Notes: generated from the letters alone by a model not told the origin. Numbered from the stretch's first letter, positions 27,640 to 37,920 are shown. The stretch is DNA of 64,000 bases from Phycisphaeraceae bacterium (GCA_040905565.1 JBBDRF010000062.1:36244-100243); one strand, 5' to 3'. Numbers and translations are program-made.

Positions 27640-29163
27640 ATGCACCAGAGCACGAAGCACAGCAGCGACATTCACGACTCCGCCATCAGCGACGAACTGG
27701 TCGGCATGCTCGTCAGCGGGCATCGGCAGGTGACGCGGCCGGCGCTCGATCGGCTTTGGGAGTACTACCGCAATGAACTTGATTTCGGGGCCGTCGATGA
27801 GCGTCGACCTTACCGGGCGTCGCAGGAGCAGGGGCTGCCGCACCGGCTGACACGAGGCCCCGGCGAAGCGGCACGGCTGATGGAAAGCGGCAGCGGGCGA
27901 CGCGAAATCGTCATCGAAAACGACATCGCCTGGCGCCTGCACACGCTGGTGGACTTCATGTTCGGCAAGCCCGTGAGCATCCAGTCGCTGGCCGGCGACA
28001 GTGAAAAAGCGGCGGCGATTGAGCAGGTGCTCACAGCGGCACTCGACGCGGCAGGCGGCATCGGCTTCCTGCAGGACATGGCGCTGCTCGGCGGCGTGTA
28101 CGGCTATGTGGATTTGCTGCTGCGGGTGGACACAGCAGCAGGGAAGGGGCTGGGTTCAGCTACGGGGGATGCGTCCGCGAGGAATGCCCCGTCTAAACCG
28201 ATCGACGTGGAGCGAGCAGCGCGCCTCGCATCTTTATTCATGATCGAGACGGTTGAGGCTCCGCGGGCGATCCCCGTGCTGGACCCTTCAGACTATCGGC
28301 GGCTGGTGGGCTACGTCGTCCACCACACGCAAACGCTCAACGAAGTTGACCAGGGCACGATGCTGTCGCGGTTGGTCGATCGCAACGGCAGGCGACGCGG
28401 TCGGCTTGCGACGGTGGATGTGACCGAGGTCTGGACGCCGAGCGAAGTGCGGATCTACCACGACAACACTCTGATCGAACGGCGGGTGAACGTGCTCGGC
28501 CGCCTGCCCGTGGTGCACATTCAGAACCTGCCGCAGCCGTTCTTTTACGAGGGGCTCAGCGAGGTCGAGCCGTTGATCCCGCTTCAGGATGAGCTGAACA
28601 CAAGGCTGAGCGATCGGGCGAATCGCGTCACGCTCCAGAGCTTCAAGATGTACCTGGGCAAGGGGATTGAGGACTTCACGGAGCGGCCGATCTCGCCGGG
28701 GCAGATGTGGATGACCGACAACGTCGATGCTTCGATCGAAGCGTTCGGCGGCGATGCGGCTAACCCGTCCGAAGAGGCACACATCAGCGAGATCCGCGAA
28801 GCGATGGACAAAGCGTCGGCGGTAACGCCTGTCGCTGCGGGCCTGCTTCGCAACAAGGTAGGGAATCTGACGAGTGCGAACGCGTTGCGGATTGTGATGA
28901 TGGGCCTGCTGGCGAAGACCGAGAAAAAACGGCAGACGTACGGCAAGGGCATCGAGAAAGTTTGCGAGTTGGTGCTGCACGCTTTGGACGTGATGGGGGT
29001 GTTGCGCACCACGGCGGCGGAGCGGCGGGTGTGTCTGCACTGGCCGAGCCCGTTGCCTGAGGACGAAGGGCAACGGTTGCGTGACGCGGAAGTGAAGTTG
29101 CGGATAGGCGTGCCGCGCGAGCAGGTGCTGCGGGAGCTGGGGTACGGGTGCGGGGATCAGTGA
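27640..29163 (+). CDS. Phage portal protein (SPP1 gp6-like)
   Basis: RLWEYYRN, IENDIAWRLHTLVDFMFGKP, NVLGRLPVVHIQN, GLSEVEPLIPLQDELN and WPSPLP. First gene of the virion operon; ATG at 27640 chosen. Confidence 0.85.
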   Translation: MHQSTKHSSDIHDSAISDELVGMLVSGHRQVTRPALDRLWEYYRNELDFGAVDERRPYRASQEQGLPHRLTRGPGEAARLMESGSGRREIVIENDIAWRLHTLVDFMFGKPVSIQSLAGDSEKAAAIEQVLTAALDAAGGIGFLQDMALLGGVYGYVDLLLRVDTAAGKGLGSATGDASARNAPSKPIDVERAARLASLFMIETVEAPRAIPVLDPSDYRRLVGYVVHHTQTLNEVDQGTMLSRLVDRNGRRRGRLATVDVTEVWTPSEVRIYHDNTLIERRVNVLGRLPVVHIQNLPQPFFYEGLSEVEPLIPLQDELNTRLSDRANRVTLQSFKMYLGKGIEDFTERPISPGQMWMTDNVDASIEAFGGDAANPSEEAHISEIREAMDKASAVTPVAAGLLRNKVGNLTSANALRIVMMGLLAKTEKKRQTYGKGIEKVCELVLHALDVMGVLRTTAAERRVCLHWPSPLPEDEGQRLRDAEVKLRIGVPREQVLRELGYGCGDQ

Positions 29164-29210
29164 AGTGTGATGGGTGAAGTGCGATGTCTGATTTTTTCGG
29201 AGAGCAACCG

Positions 29211-29783
29211 ATGAGCGATGAACAAGTGCAGGACGTTTCGCCTGGTGAGGCGGAGGACGTGATTGAAGCGGCGGATGACGGGGCGGAGCTGGAGACGGAG
29301 ACCGAGGGGGAGGGCCGTGAGGAGAAGCGGGTGCCGGTGAGTGAATCGATCCGGTATCGGCGGCGGGCGCAGGCAGCGGAGCAGAAGCTCGAGGCGTTGC
29401 AGGCGGAGTTGGCGGCGACGCGGGAATCGCTGAGTGAGTCGGAGCAGGCGCTGGCGGATGCGGAGCGTCGACAGCGGATTGATCAGCTGCTCAGCGAATC
29501 CGAAGCGATCGACGTGGAGGCGGCACGGCTGCTGACGGAGGTGGCGGTGACGCAGATGGAGGAACCGGACGTGGCGGCGGCGGTGGAAGAGCTGCGATCG
29601 CGGAAGCCTTATCTGTTTCGGCAACACGGCGGCGGCACCGGTGCAGGCGGAAGCATGTCCGCCAGGCGACGCGGCGGAGCGGGCTCGCAATTGACCGAAG
29701 CGGCGGAAGCGGCGGCAACGACAGGGCAGCGACAGGATCTGCTGCGCTATCTGCGGATGCGCCGAGGCGTGCGGCAGGTCTGA
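29211..29783 (+). CDS. Phage capsid scaffolding protein
   Basis: Acidic N-terminus, coiled coil (YRRRAQAAEQKL) and KPYLF motif. Lies between portal and capsid genes. Confidence 0.75.
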   Translation: MSDEQVQDVSPGEAEDVIEAADDGAELETETEGEGREEKRVPVSESIRYRRRAQAAEQKLEALQAELAATRESLSESEQALADAERRQRIDQLLSESEAIDVEAARLLTEVAVTQMEEPDVAAAVEELRSRKPYLFRQHGGGTGAGGSMSARRRGGAGSQLTEAAEAAATTGQRQDLLRYLRMRRGVRQV

Positions 29784-29834
29784 GCGGTGGTGCGATGGGA
29801 CAAACTTTGAATTTGGCAAACAGGAGCGAATGAC

Positions 29835-30992
29835 ATGGGATTCACAGGGAAAGCAACCTATTCAGCTGGGGCGACGCTGCCGGAAATTGCGGAGGACGTC
29901 AGCGACATCATCGGGATCGTAAGCCCGTACGAGACGCCGTTGCTGGATCACCTCGGCGATCCGCATCGCCTGGCGACGAGCACCAGGCATGAGTGGCTGG
30001 AGGATGAACTGCTGCCGAACGTGGACGCGATTGATGCGGCGCACAGCTTCAGCAATCCGATGACCGACAGCACGTTCGACGTGGAAAACAGCAGCCGTTT
30101 CCGCGTGGGTGATCAGCTGCAGGGTGACGGCTCTCTGGAGGTGATGCTCGTGACCGATGTCAGCGGCGACACGCTGACTGTGGTGCGGGGCTACGGCGCG
30201 ACGACTGCTGACGTGCTCTACGCGGAGCAGGAAATCCGCATTCTGGGCAACGCGGCACTCGAAGGCGCGGATCGCCCCGAGACACGGTTCACGACCCGGA
30301 CACGAGCGACGAACCATACGCAGATTTTCACGTCGGCCGTTGAAGTCAGCGGCACGCAACTGGCGGTCAATCAGATCGGCGTGAACGACGAGCTTGATTA
30401 CCAGAAGCAGGAACGCCTCCGCGAACTGGTGCGCGACCTGGAGAACTGCGTAATCAACGGCGTCGCGCCGGCGGATACGCAGCACGGCAGCGCCTCGGTA
30501 CGGCGGACGATGCGCGGCATTACGTCCTTCCTCGATACCAACGTGTTCCGGCCGGGCCAGGATGCCTTCCCGGACGACGTGAACCTGACGGAGGTTCAGC
30601 TCAACCAGGCGCTGCGGCGGATGTGGGAGCAATCCTCAGGCGGCGTCGACACGATCGTCGTCGGCGGCGTGCAGAAGCGGCGCATCAACAGCTTCATCAC
30701 GTCGAGCAGGGAGTACGGCAGCGAGGACTCGACGTATCGCGATCTGGTGAGCACGTACGAGAGCGACTTCGGCGTTTGCCGTGTGGTGCTCAGTCGATGG
30801 ATGCCGGCCCACGCGGTGCTGTTGCTGGACAGCTCACGCATTGACGTGATGCCGTTGGCGGGGCGGCACTTCCACTACAAACCGTTGGCCAGCGGGGGCG
30901 ACCGCGAGGTCGGCCAGGTCATCGGCGAGTACACGCTGGAAGTTCGCAACGAGAACGCGCACGGCGTGATCCAGGGGCTGGGGGTGGATTGA
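29835..30992 (+). CDS. Major capsid protein, DUF5309/SU10-type (HK97 fold)
   Basis: SPYETPL, HEWLEDEL, NHTQIFTSAVEVSGT, ELDYQK..LRELVRDLE, YESDFG and GEYTLEVRNENAHG. RBS CAGGAG. Confidence 0.85.
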   Translation: MGFTGKATYSAGATLPEIAEDVSDIIGIVSPYETPLLDHLGDPHRLATSTRHEWLEDELLPNVDAIDAAHSFSNPMTDSTFDVENSSRFRVGDQLQGDGSLEVMLVTDVSGDTLTVVRGYGATTADVLYAEQEIRILGNAALEGADRPETRFTTRTRATNHTQIFTSAVEVSGTQLAVNQIGVNDELDYQKQERLRELVRDLENCVINGVAPADTQHGSASVRRTMRGITSFLDTNVFRPGQDAFPDDVNLTEVQLNQALRRMWEQSSGGVDTIVVGGVQKRRINSFITSSREYGSEDSTYRDLVSTYESDFGVCRVVLSRWMPAHAVLLLDSSRIDVMPLAGRHFHYKPLASGGDREVGQVIGEYTLEVRNENAHGVIQGLGVD

Positions 30993-31021
30993 TGAAACGG
31001 GCGTAAGCCCGACTCATTCGG

Positions 31022-31052
31022 GGGCGGCGGGTGAAGGCCCGTCGCGCCTTTT
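31022..31052 (+). terminator. Putative terminator after the capsid gene
   Basis: Imperfect GC stem GGCGGCGGG/CCCGTCGCGCC followed by TTTT, preceded by a CGGGC-GTAA-GCCCG hairpin at 30997-31010. Confidence 0.5.
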
Positions 31053-31105
31053 GCAGAACGGTTGGCGATGGCGAGGGCGAGTCGGGATTCTCTAGGAGGT
31101 GATCA

Positions 31106-31741
31106 ATGGTTCGGTTCAGCAATGATGCGGATCTGTTGGCTTACGAGCCGAACGTTTTTGTGGACTTGCCGTTGGCGGCCCAGCGGCGGCTGCGTGCAGA
31201 AGACGTGGTGGTCAGCGGGACGAGCGTTGCCGTTGCTGCGGGGGGATTGTCGAGCCTGGCGCAGGGCGACGTGGTGGTGCTCGGCCGAGAGCCGGGGCAG
31301 TGGACCGCGTACGCGATCGACCAGATCGTGGACGATCAAGCGCTGACGCTGGGCACGGCGGCGATCGGCTTCGAGTTTGAAGACGGCGATCCGGTCGCGA
31401 TGGAGGTTCGTACCTTCTCGCCGCAGGCGGAGCTTGTGCACGAGGAGTTGCTGCGCGCCGTGGGCATCGACGTGGAGGACGTGGCTGCGGGGCTTGATGC
31501 CGACGCGGTGCTTTCGGTGAGCGTGATGCGGCGGCTGGAGGTGCTGGGGACGCTCAGCAGTGCGTACGCGGCAGGGGTGGGCATCGCGGGTGAACAGGCG
31601 CTGATCGAGGCGAAGGCGGCACGGTATCACAAGGCATTCAGCGGTGCGATGCGGTCGGCGCGGGTGTTGATTGATACCGACGGCGACGGTCGGGCGGATG
31701 TGTGGCGGACGCCCGGCGTAGCTCGCATTGTGCGCGGTTGA
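31106..31741 (+). CDS. Putative head-completion/adaptor protein
   Basis: Position after the capsid gene, RBS AGGAGGT, FSNDADL N-terminus and KAARY...IDTDGDG C-terminus. Confidence 0.55.
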   Translation: MVRFSNDADLLAYEPNVFVDLPLAAQRRLRAEDVVVSGTSVAVAAGGLSSLAQGDVVVLGREPGQWTAYAIDQIVDDQALTLGTAAIGFEFEDGDPVAMEVRTFSPQAELVHEELLRAVGIDVEDVAAGLDADAVLSVSVMRRLEVLGTLSSAYAAGVGIAGEQALIEAKAARYHKAFSGAMRSARVLIDTDGDGRADVWRTPGVARIVRG

Positions 31742-31763
31742 GGCAGCGGAAGGAGGCGACACG

Positions 31764-32132
31764 ATGAGTCGATTCGAGGGTGAAGATCTCTTTGGGTCCG
31801 GGCCGCACCATTTTCATGTGCATGGCGTGGAACAGCGCCATGTGACGCATGAGCAGCCGGGCGTGGATGGGGCGGCCGTCACGGCACAGGGCCGAGCGGC
31901 GCGGCAGATCGACCAGAAGGGAATGCTGCTGGCGGACGACGTGGCGAGCATGGCGGACCAGATCGCACGCATCGAGGCGGCGGCCGGCGGACGGGCGGGG
32001 GAGCTGGTGGACGACGCCGGTCGGCAGTGGTCGAACGTGATGATGCTGAGCTTTGAGCCAAGCGCGATTTGGCGGCACGGCGCCCGGCTGGCGGTGAATT
32101 ATCAGGTGCGCTACGTGCAGGTGAACTCATGA
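31764..32132 (+). CDS. Hypothetical virion-operon protein
   Basis: RBS AGGAGG, beta-rich sequence, ATGA overlap with the next gene. Confidence 0.65.
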   Translation: MSRFEGEDLFGSGPHHFHVHGVEQRHVTHEQPGVDGAAVTAQGRAARQIDQKGMLLADDVASMADQIARIEAAAGGRAGELVDDAGRQWSNVMMLSFEPSAIWRHGARLAVNYQVRYVQVNS

Positions 32133-32827
32133 ACGCGTTGCCGACGCAAGCGGGGTTCGAGCAGGTGCTGTTGCAGCCTGTTGAGCGGGCAGCCACGGTG
32201 GCGCTGCTGCGTTGGTCGGCCACGCTGGGCCATGACCAGCACGTGCAGATCTATGTGGACGGTCGATTGCACGATGTGGTCAGCAGCGGCGCGGGTGAGG
32301 CCTGGTTGCATGTGGATGCGGACGACGGCGCGGAGCTGCGGGCAGAGCTGCTGGCCGTGCCGGGCGATCAGGCGTGGACGGACTTCGCGCATCAGCTGGC
32401 GGGCGAGGCTGCTTTGCCGTCGCGGGCAACGGTAGGGCTGGTGCGTGATGCGTCGCTGCCGATTGATGCTCGCGTGACGGTTCTGGTTGACGGCGTGGCG
32501 GTGCAGACGCAGCCGATGTGGGGGCCGTTGGAGGCGCGGAGTGGGTTCGGCGGCCTGTTCGGCTTCGACGCGTTCGGCATCAGCACGGCGACGGGCGTGG
32601 GACTCGGCCTCGGCGAATTCGGTGCGGGCGCGGTCGGCTCAGACGGCACAGCCTGGCGATGGGAAGCCGATGACCTGCCGAGCGGCGAGCACACGCTGGC
32701 GGTTGAAGTGCGGGACGCAAACGGCGAGCTGCTTACGTCCCCGAGCGAGCAGGTGGTGACGATCGAGAGGCTGCCGCGGCCGGCGCAGGCGATTGGTATC
32801 GACGGATCGACCCTCGTGTGGCAATAG
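32129..32827 (+). CDS. Hypothetical virion-operon protein (Ig/FN3-like with Gly-Phe-rich loop)
   Basis: GFGGLFGFDAFG..GLGLGEFGAG loop and LPSGEHTLAVEVRDANG beta motif. Confidence 0.65.
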   Translation: MNALPTQAGFEQVLLQPVERAATVALLRWSATLGHDQHVQIYVDGRLHDVVSSGAGEAWLHVDADDGAELRAELLAVPGDQAWTDFAHQLAGEAALPSRATVGLVRDASLPIDARVTVLVDGVAVQTQPMWGPLEARSGFGGLFGFDAFGISTATGVGLGLGEFGAGAVGSDGTAWRWEADDLPSGEHTLAVEVRDANGELLTSPSEQVVTIERLPRPAQAIGIDGSTLVWQ

Positions 32828-32878
32828 CAAGATCCTGCGGCCGACGCGAAGTGAACACAACTTTCAGGAGCGAGAACG

Positions 32879-34051
32879 ATGAACGAACGATACCCGGACG
32901 ACGCAACATTGCTGGCGCTTGAGGCGGATACCCATACCGGCGTCGAATTCATTCGCACGGGGCAGTCGCCGTATTTTCTTGAGTTTCGCCGCATGTTGCA
33001 TCGGCTGCTCGAGGCGACCCGGCGAGCGAACGATCTACGCGTTTACCAGGAGGACGACCTGACGATCGGTATCCGCAGCGGGCGGTGTGTGATTCACGAT
33101 GCAGCGATCAGCTTCACCGGGCAGAGCGGCTTGGCCGTGGCGAACAACGCGACGACGCACGTCTGGCTTGATGCTGCCGGCCTGTTGCAAATCGGCACCG
33201 ACGGGCTGCCGACCACGCGGGCTGACTTCGTGCCGCTGGCGCAGGTGGAGAGTGCGGCCGGTGCGATCACCACGATCACCGACCTCCGCGGCGAAGCATT
33301 CCTCGCAGCGTGGAACCTGGCGATGCTCGGCGTGCAGGCCTCGACGGAAACCGTGAACGCGGTGCTGGGCGAGGTTGAGCCGACCGTCACCAGTGCTGCC
33401 CTGAATACGCTGACAGCGGGAAGCGATTCCTTGGCCGACGCGCATCATCAGCATTCGCAGTACGGCCGGGATAGCGACTTCATGGAGCAGTTCATCCTGG
33501 CCAACCAGAATGACGGCACCGATGCGAACATGGCGCTGGCCTTCTCCCTGCCGGGCCGACTCGCCTATCCAACACGGCTGTTCGCCGACGCTGGCGCCGG
33601 CTGGCTCAAGCAGCAGCACGGCAGCGCTGAGCGGGCCCTGGTCGGGGCGGTCCAGGTGAGCTTCGCCCATGAGGGATCGCTGAACGCAGCGCAGAGCGGA
33701 AAACTGATGGGCATGGTGCCAGTGGATGGCGAGATCGTGGCGGTGATCGTCTCGGCCCGTGCGAACCTGGAAACGTCCGACGCGGCTGACTCTGTCGATG
33801 CCATCGTCAAAGTGAACGGCAACAACGTGACCGTCACGCACCCGCAGCTGCGCACGCAGGACGGAACAGGTTTTCGCTCGACCGGTCAGGGCGACGGCAT
33901 CGCAGCGGCGATCAAGAGCGACGGCACGGAGCACGTCCAGCGCGGCGACATCGTCACGCTCGACGTGACCCGCACCGTCAACGGTGCCGTCACGAACGAC
34001 GCGACCGACCTGGTGGTGATGGTCGTCGTCCGCGCTGCCGCCCCCGAGTGA
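32879..34051 (+). CDS. Hypothetical virion-operon protein, possible fibre/spike
   Basis: RBS CAGGAG, 390 aa, ITTITDLR motif recalling fibre attachment domains, beta-rich C-terminus. Confidence 0.6.
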   Translation: MNERYPDDATLLALEADTHTGVEFIRTGQSPYFLEFRRMLHRLLEATRRANDLRVYQEDDLTIGIRSGRCVIHDAAISFTGQSGLAVANNATTHVWLDAAGLLQIGTDGLPTTRADFVPLAQVESAAGAITTITDLRGEAFLAAWNLAMLGVQASTETVNAVLGEVEPTVTSAALNTLTAGSDSLADAHHQHSQYGRDSDFMEQFILANQNDGTDANMALAFSLPGRLAYPTRLFADAGAGWLKQQHGSAERALVGAVQVSFAHEGSLNAAQSGKLMGMVPVDGEIVAVIVSARANLETSDAADSVDAIVKVNGNNVTVTHPQLRTQDGTGFRSTGQGDGIAAAIKSDGTEHVQRGDIVTLDVTRTVNGAVTNDATDLVVMVVVRAAAPE

Positions 34052-34087
34052 ACGACGCCGAACGCACATGAAGCGGAGGATGGGCAC

Positions 34088-36304
34088 GTGTGGATGATCC
34101 ATGTTGATTTTGAGGTGCCGGGCTTCGGCGAGTTCGCTGCGACGCCTGAGGCGTCGGCCGGCGGCGGTGTGATGCTTACGCAGTCGTCCCAAGCGGCGAT
34201 GCCTGACCGCGGCACGACGGGGCTGGCTGTGGCGATGTCGGTCGGTGACGACGCTGCTTATCTTGAGCACGATCTCGGCGAAGCGAAGACGCAGCTGAGC
34301 ACCCGTGTCATGCTCAACCCTGCGACGGCAGCGGACGGCAGCGTCGTGATCATGCGCGGGTTAAGTGAGGACAACGATCGCAGCTTCGATGTGGTTTTCG
34401 ATCCTGTCACGCGGCGGGTGCATGCGGAAATCGGCGAGACGGTGTCGCTTGAGTCGTGGCCGTTGGAGGCGCTCCACTGGCACTGCGTGGAACTGACGCT
34501 CGACCTGCAATCGGGTGAGGCGACGCTGTGGGTGAACGGTCAGTCGGCCGATGCGGCTGCCGATCTTGCCGATGTCGCCTCGGTTCGGCGCGTGCGGCTC
34601 GGCGCGGTGGAGAAGCAGACGGCGACGGCGGGCACGCTGCATCTGGATGAGTGGGTGTTGGGCGATGCGTACGTCGGACCCGTCGCAGTGCAGCCGACCT
34701 CGATCCATTCCGACGATGCGAAGCGATGGCTGGTGATCTACAACCGTGAGCAGGCGGATTCGGTCAGTTGGGCCGAGCACTATCGCCAAACGCACAGCGT
34801 GCCTTACGCCAACCTCCTCGGGCTGAGCCTCAGTGAGCAGGAAATTATCAGCGAGGCGGCGTACCAGGCGATGGCCGAACACGTCGCGGAGCATCTGCAG
34901 CGCAACGGGCTGGATGAGGTGGTGCTTGGGATCCTCTGCGGCCACGGCGTGCCGGGTGCGTTCGAGCGCGATGCTGACGGCGAGCTTGAATCCGTGGCAA
35001 GTCACCTGGCCCGTATCGATGGCGATCTTACGGCCGTTGCGCAGCCGTTGTGGGATGGGGAGATCGTTCGGCCGACGCGTGAGAACCTCAGCGGCGTCCG
35101 CCTCACGGCGCGGATCGATGGGCCCACACTCGCCTTCAGCACACAGCGTGTCGATCGTGCCGCGGCCCTGACGCAGCAGTCGCTTGGGGACGACGACCAT
35201 ACGGATCCCGGTCACTCAGCAGCGCTTTGGATCGATCCGCACGGCGGGGCAAGTCCGCCGTATCAGCCGCGGACTTCGGCACTGCTGGCATGGCTGCCGG
35301 GCGTGGCGCGTCAGGCGATGCGGCTACCGCTCGAGACGACCGATGACCAGACGGAAGCGAACCCCGCGTTCACGAGCATCGATCATGACGGATTCTTCTG
35401 GGGCTGGTCGCAGCCGACGGTGCCTGCCGGTTTCTTCGCTGAGCCAGCGGGGCAGCGTGTGTTTGCGATGCAGATCGGCTTTGAGTTCGCGACGGGCGGA
35501 CTGCTGCGTGACGTGGCTGCGGAGAGTTGGGTCATGCGTTCGCTGACGGCAGGCTATGCCGCGACGGCTGGGAGTTTGCGCTCGCACACAGCGTCCTTTG
35601 TGCCGCGCGGGGAGCGGTTCTTTGAGGCGCTGTCGCGCGGCTGGTCACTAGGCGAGGCGTGGCTCCTGGCATCGGTCTGGCTGCGGACGCCGTTGTGTCT
35701 GATTGGTGATCCGTTGATGCGGGTGAACATGCCGCGCGGCGGCTGGAACATCTATCGCGGTGAACATGACCTCGTTTCAACCGATTTCGCGGAGCCGATT
35801 GCGAAGCTTCGTGAACCGCAACGGCGATGGCCGATTCATGCAGCGCACCAGCCGCGCGACGGCGAGACGGCAACGTATGTCGTGCGTCATGTGGATGAGC
35901 ACGGCCGGGAGGAGAAGTCGGCCACGCATGTCCGCGTGCGGCGGGACGGCGACCAGCTTGTGGTCCTGCCGTCACAACCGAGCTGGCCCGCGGCGGGGGG
36001 GTGGCGACCGCAACGGCGTGATGACGGATGGCGAATCAACGCGGTCTGGCCCGCGCGATTCGATCAACTCGGCGTGACGAAGCTGGCCCTCGAACGGCAG
36101 GCGGAGGGCGAGGCGGTGCAGGTGGTCCAGGAGCATGAGCCGGCCGGCGACGCATCGCGGGCGACTTGGGATCAGCCGTCAGCAGGCGTGACGGAGCGGT
36201 TCCGCATTCGCGTCATCGCACCCGGAGGCAGCAGTGAAGCGGGGCCTTGGTCGGCCTGGCTTGAGCGACGCGAACAGCCGACCACGCAACTGCAATGGAT
36301 GTGA
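34088..36304 (+). CDS. LamG/ConA-like plus TIGR03790-like domain protein
   Basis: WHCVEL..LWVNG and LHLDEW in the N-terminus. WLVIYN..SVSWAEHY..VPYANLLGL, GVP, ARIDGP and FFEAL..GWSLGEA..IGDPL in the middle. Confidence 0.65.
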   Translation: MWMIHVDFEVPGFGEFAATPEASAGGGVMLTQSSQAAMPDRGTTGLAVAMSVGDDAAYLEHDLGEAKTQLSTRVMLNPATAADGSVVIMRGLSEDNDRSFDVVFDPVTRRVHAEIGETVSLESWPLEALHWHCVELTLDLQSGEATLWVNGQSADAAADLADVASVRRVRLGAVEKQTATAGTLHLDEWVLGDAYVGPVAVQPTSIHSDDAKRWLVIYNREQADSVSWAEHYRQTHSVPYANLLGLSLSEQEIISEAAYQAMAEHVAEHLQRNGLDEVVLGILCGHGVPGAFERDADGELESVASHLARIDGDLTAVAQPLWDGEIVRPTRENLSGVRLTARIDGPTLAFSTQRVDRAAALTQQSLGDDDHTDPGHSAALWIDPHGGASPPYQPRTSALLAWLPGVARQAMRLPLETTDDQTEANPAFTSIDHDGFFWGWSQPTVPAGFFAEPAGQRVFAMQIGFEFATGGLLRDVAAESWVMRSLTAGYAATAGSLRSHTASFVPRGERFFEALSRGWSLGEAWLLASVWLRTPLCLIGDPLMRVNMPRGGWNIYRGEHDLVSTDFAEPIAKLREPQRRWPIHAAHQPRDGETATYVVRHVDEHGREEKSATHVRVRRDGDQLVVLPSQPSWPAAGGWRPQRRDDGWRINAVWPARFDQLGVTKLALERQAEGEAVQVVQEHEPAGDASRATWDQPSAGVTERFRIRVIAPGGSSEAGPWSAWLERREQPTTQLQWM

Positions 36305-36315
36305 AGGAGGCAACG

Positions 36316-37920
36316 ATGAACGCGACCGGAACGCTGGTGGCGACGGGTAAAGACAAGGGGCATGCAGGCGTCGGGCCAACGGTCATGCTGGACGGGCGAC
36401 CGTGGTTTGGGGCTTGGGTGCGTCGACTGCGTGCAGAGGGGCCGTTGGATCAACGCGAGGCCGAACTGGTGCTCGAGCGGCAGCGCGGGGGATGGGACGA
36501 GCGGGAACTTGAACGGCTGCGGCAACTGAGCGGGCGGACCGTCGCGCTGCTTCAGCCGCTGGCGTTTGCTGGTGGCGAATCAACGCTGATGGTCCTGATG
36601 CACGGTCGGCTCGGCAGCATGACGCAAACGCTGAACGCGACGCAGGACGAACTCACGATCACGTTGCGGTGCGACTGGTCGCATCAACTTGAACGCACCG
36701 TGAACCCCTCGGCGGCGCAGCGCTGGGCGGTGGGTGACCTGGTCGCACAGCTCAATGTTGAGACGGGCGCACAACTGGACACGGGGCTGCTTGATCAAGT
36801 GGTTCGTGATGCGGCGGTGCCGAGCAATGTTGTCCGCGCGAACGATCTCGGCGCGATGCTCAACGCCCTCTGTGACGCATACGACTTGTGCGTACGGCAA
36901 ACGCTGACGTGGCGCGGACAGCAGGTGCAGCAGCGGGTGGAACTGCGACGGGCGGCGCACGGTCGCCCGCTTCGCTTGCCCCGGCGGGCTGTCGCGGGGC
37001 GAGGCGGCGTCGAAGCGATCACCGCGAGCCTGGAAGAGCCTCGCCCAATCAGGCTGACCGCGGAGGGGGCATACTCCGTCGTTGAGTCAACATTCACGCT
37101 GATGCCCGGCTGGGGCGCGGAAAACATAGCGCTGGATGATTCCGCTTACGCCAAAGTGACAAGCGAAAGCTTCGAGGCGGTGGCGAACGTGTTTCGGCTC
37201 TGGGTGCTCAACGAGGATGGTGCGTTCGACGGCGAGCCGTTCGACGTGGCTGCCTTCTTCGACGAGGGCCGAACGCTGCCGAGTGAGGCGTTGCGATTTG
37301 GGTCGACGCTGACACAGGATTCGGCCGGCGGCAGCCTCGGCGTGGTCGTCGAGGTGAGTACCGATGCGGGCGAGACGTGGTCGCGTCGAGGCGGTGTGGT
37401 GACGGTCCTCAACGATCGTGCGGGGGTGTATCTGGAGGATGATGTGCTGCCGACTGCGTGGCTGACGGCCGTCCGGGCCGGCGAGGCGCGGTTGCGTGTC
37501 ACGGCGACGCTCCGCAATCCGCTGCCGATGGAGGCGGTGCGCTGGCACGGCAACGCGTTCGTGGGGGAATTTATTGATCGCCGATTTGCATTGGCAAATC
37601 TGTTCGCCCACCGACGCATCGCGCCGGAGAGCAGGTATCACACAGCGGTGCGTGGCGGGGATGTGACAGCGGACGAAGTCGACGATCGCCAGGCGATGGC
37701 GGCATGGCTCATCAACCAGAGCGGGCGACTCAACGACGGCCGCGGCCTAGCGCGCGTGAGAACGACTGGGGTGATGCTGGCGATGAACGCAGGCGATCGT
37801 TTAACGCATATCGGCAGCCGGGCTGTCGACGGCGTGGGCGGCGGTGGGCAACGGCTGGCGATCGTAGAGCATCGATGGGATCGCCAGCGTACGGACCTGA
37901 CACTTGAGGGGGTGAACTGA
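36316..37920 (+). CDS. Hypothetical virion-operon protein, possible tail hub/tip
   Basis: RBS AAGGAGG before ATG at 36316, NVFRLWVLNEDG motif. Lies just before the holin-like gene. Confidence 0.6.
   Translation: MNATGTLVATGKDKGHAGVGPTVMLDGRPWFGAWVRRLRAEGPLDQREAELVLERQRGGWDERELERLRQLSGRTVALLQPLAFAGGESTLMVLMHGRLGSMTQTLNATQDELTITLRCDWSHQLERTVNPSAAQRWAVGDLVAQLNVETGAQLDTGLLDQVVRDAAVPSNVVRANDLGAMLNALCDAYDLCVRQTLTWRGQQVQQRVELRRAAHGRPLRLPRRAVAGRGGVEAITASLEEPRPIRLTAEGAYSVVESTFTLMPGWGAENIALDDSAYAKVTSESFEAVANVFRLWVLNEDGAFDGEPFDVAAFFDEGRTLPSEALRFGSTLTQDSAGGSLGVVVEVSTDAGETWSRRGGVVTVLNDRAGVYLEDDVLPTAWLTAVRAGEARLRVTATLRNPLPMEAVRWHGNAFVGEFIDRRFALANLFAHRRIAPESRYHTAVRGGDVTADEVDDRQAMAAWLINQSGRLNDGRGLARVRTTGVMLAMNAGDRLTHIGSRAVDGVGGGGQRLAIVEHRWDRQRTDLTLEGVN

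Noticed and set aside
29835..30992. Encapsulin nanocompartment
   Set aside because: The shell gene sits with portal and scaffold genes and has DUF5309-type motifs. No cargo enzyme is adjacent.
31106..37920. Tailocin, eCIS or T6SS locus
   Set aside because: No sheath, tube, baseplate or VgrG/PAAR motifs were recognised, and head genes are present.
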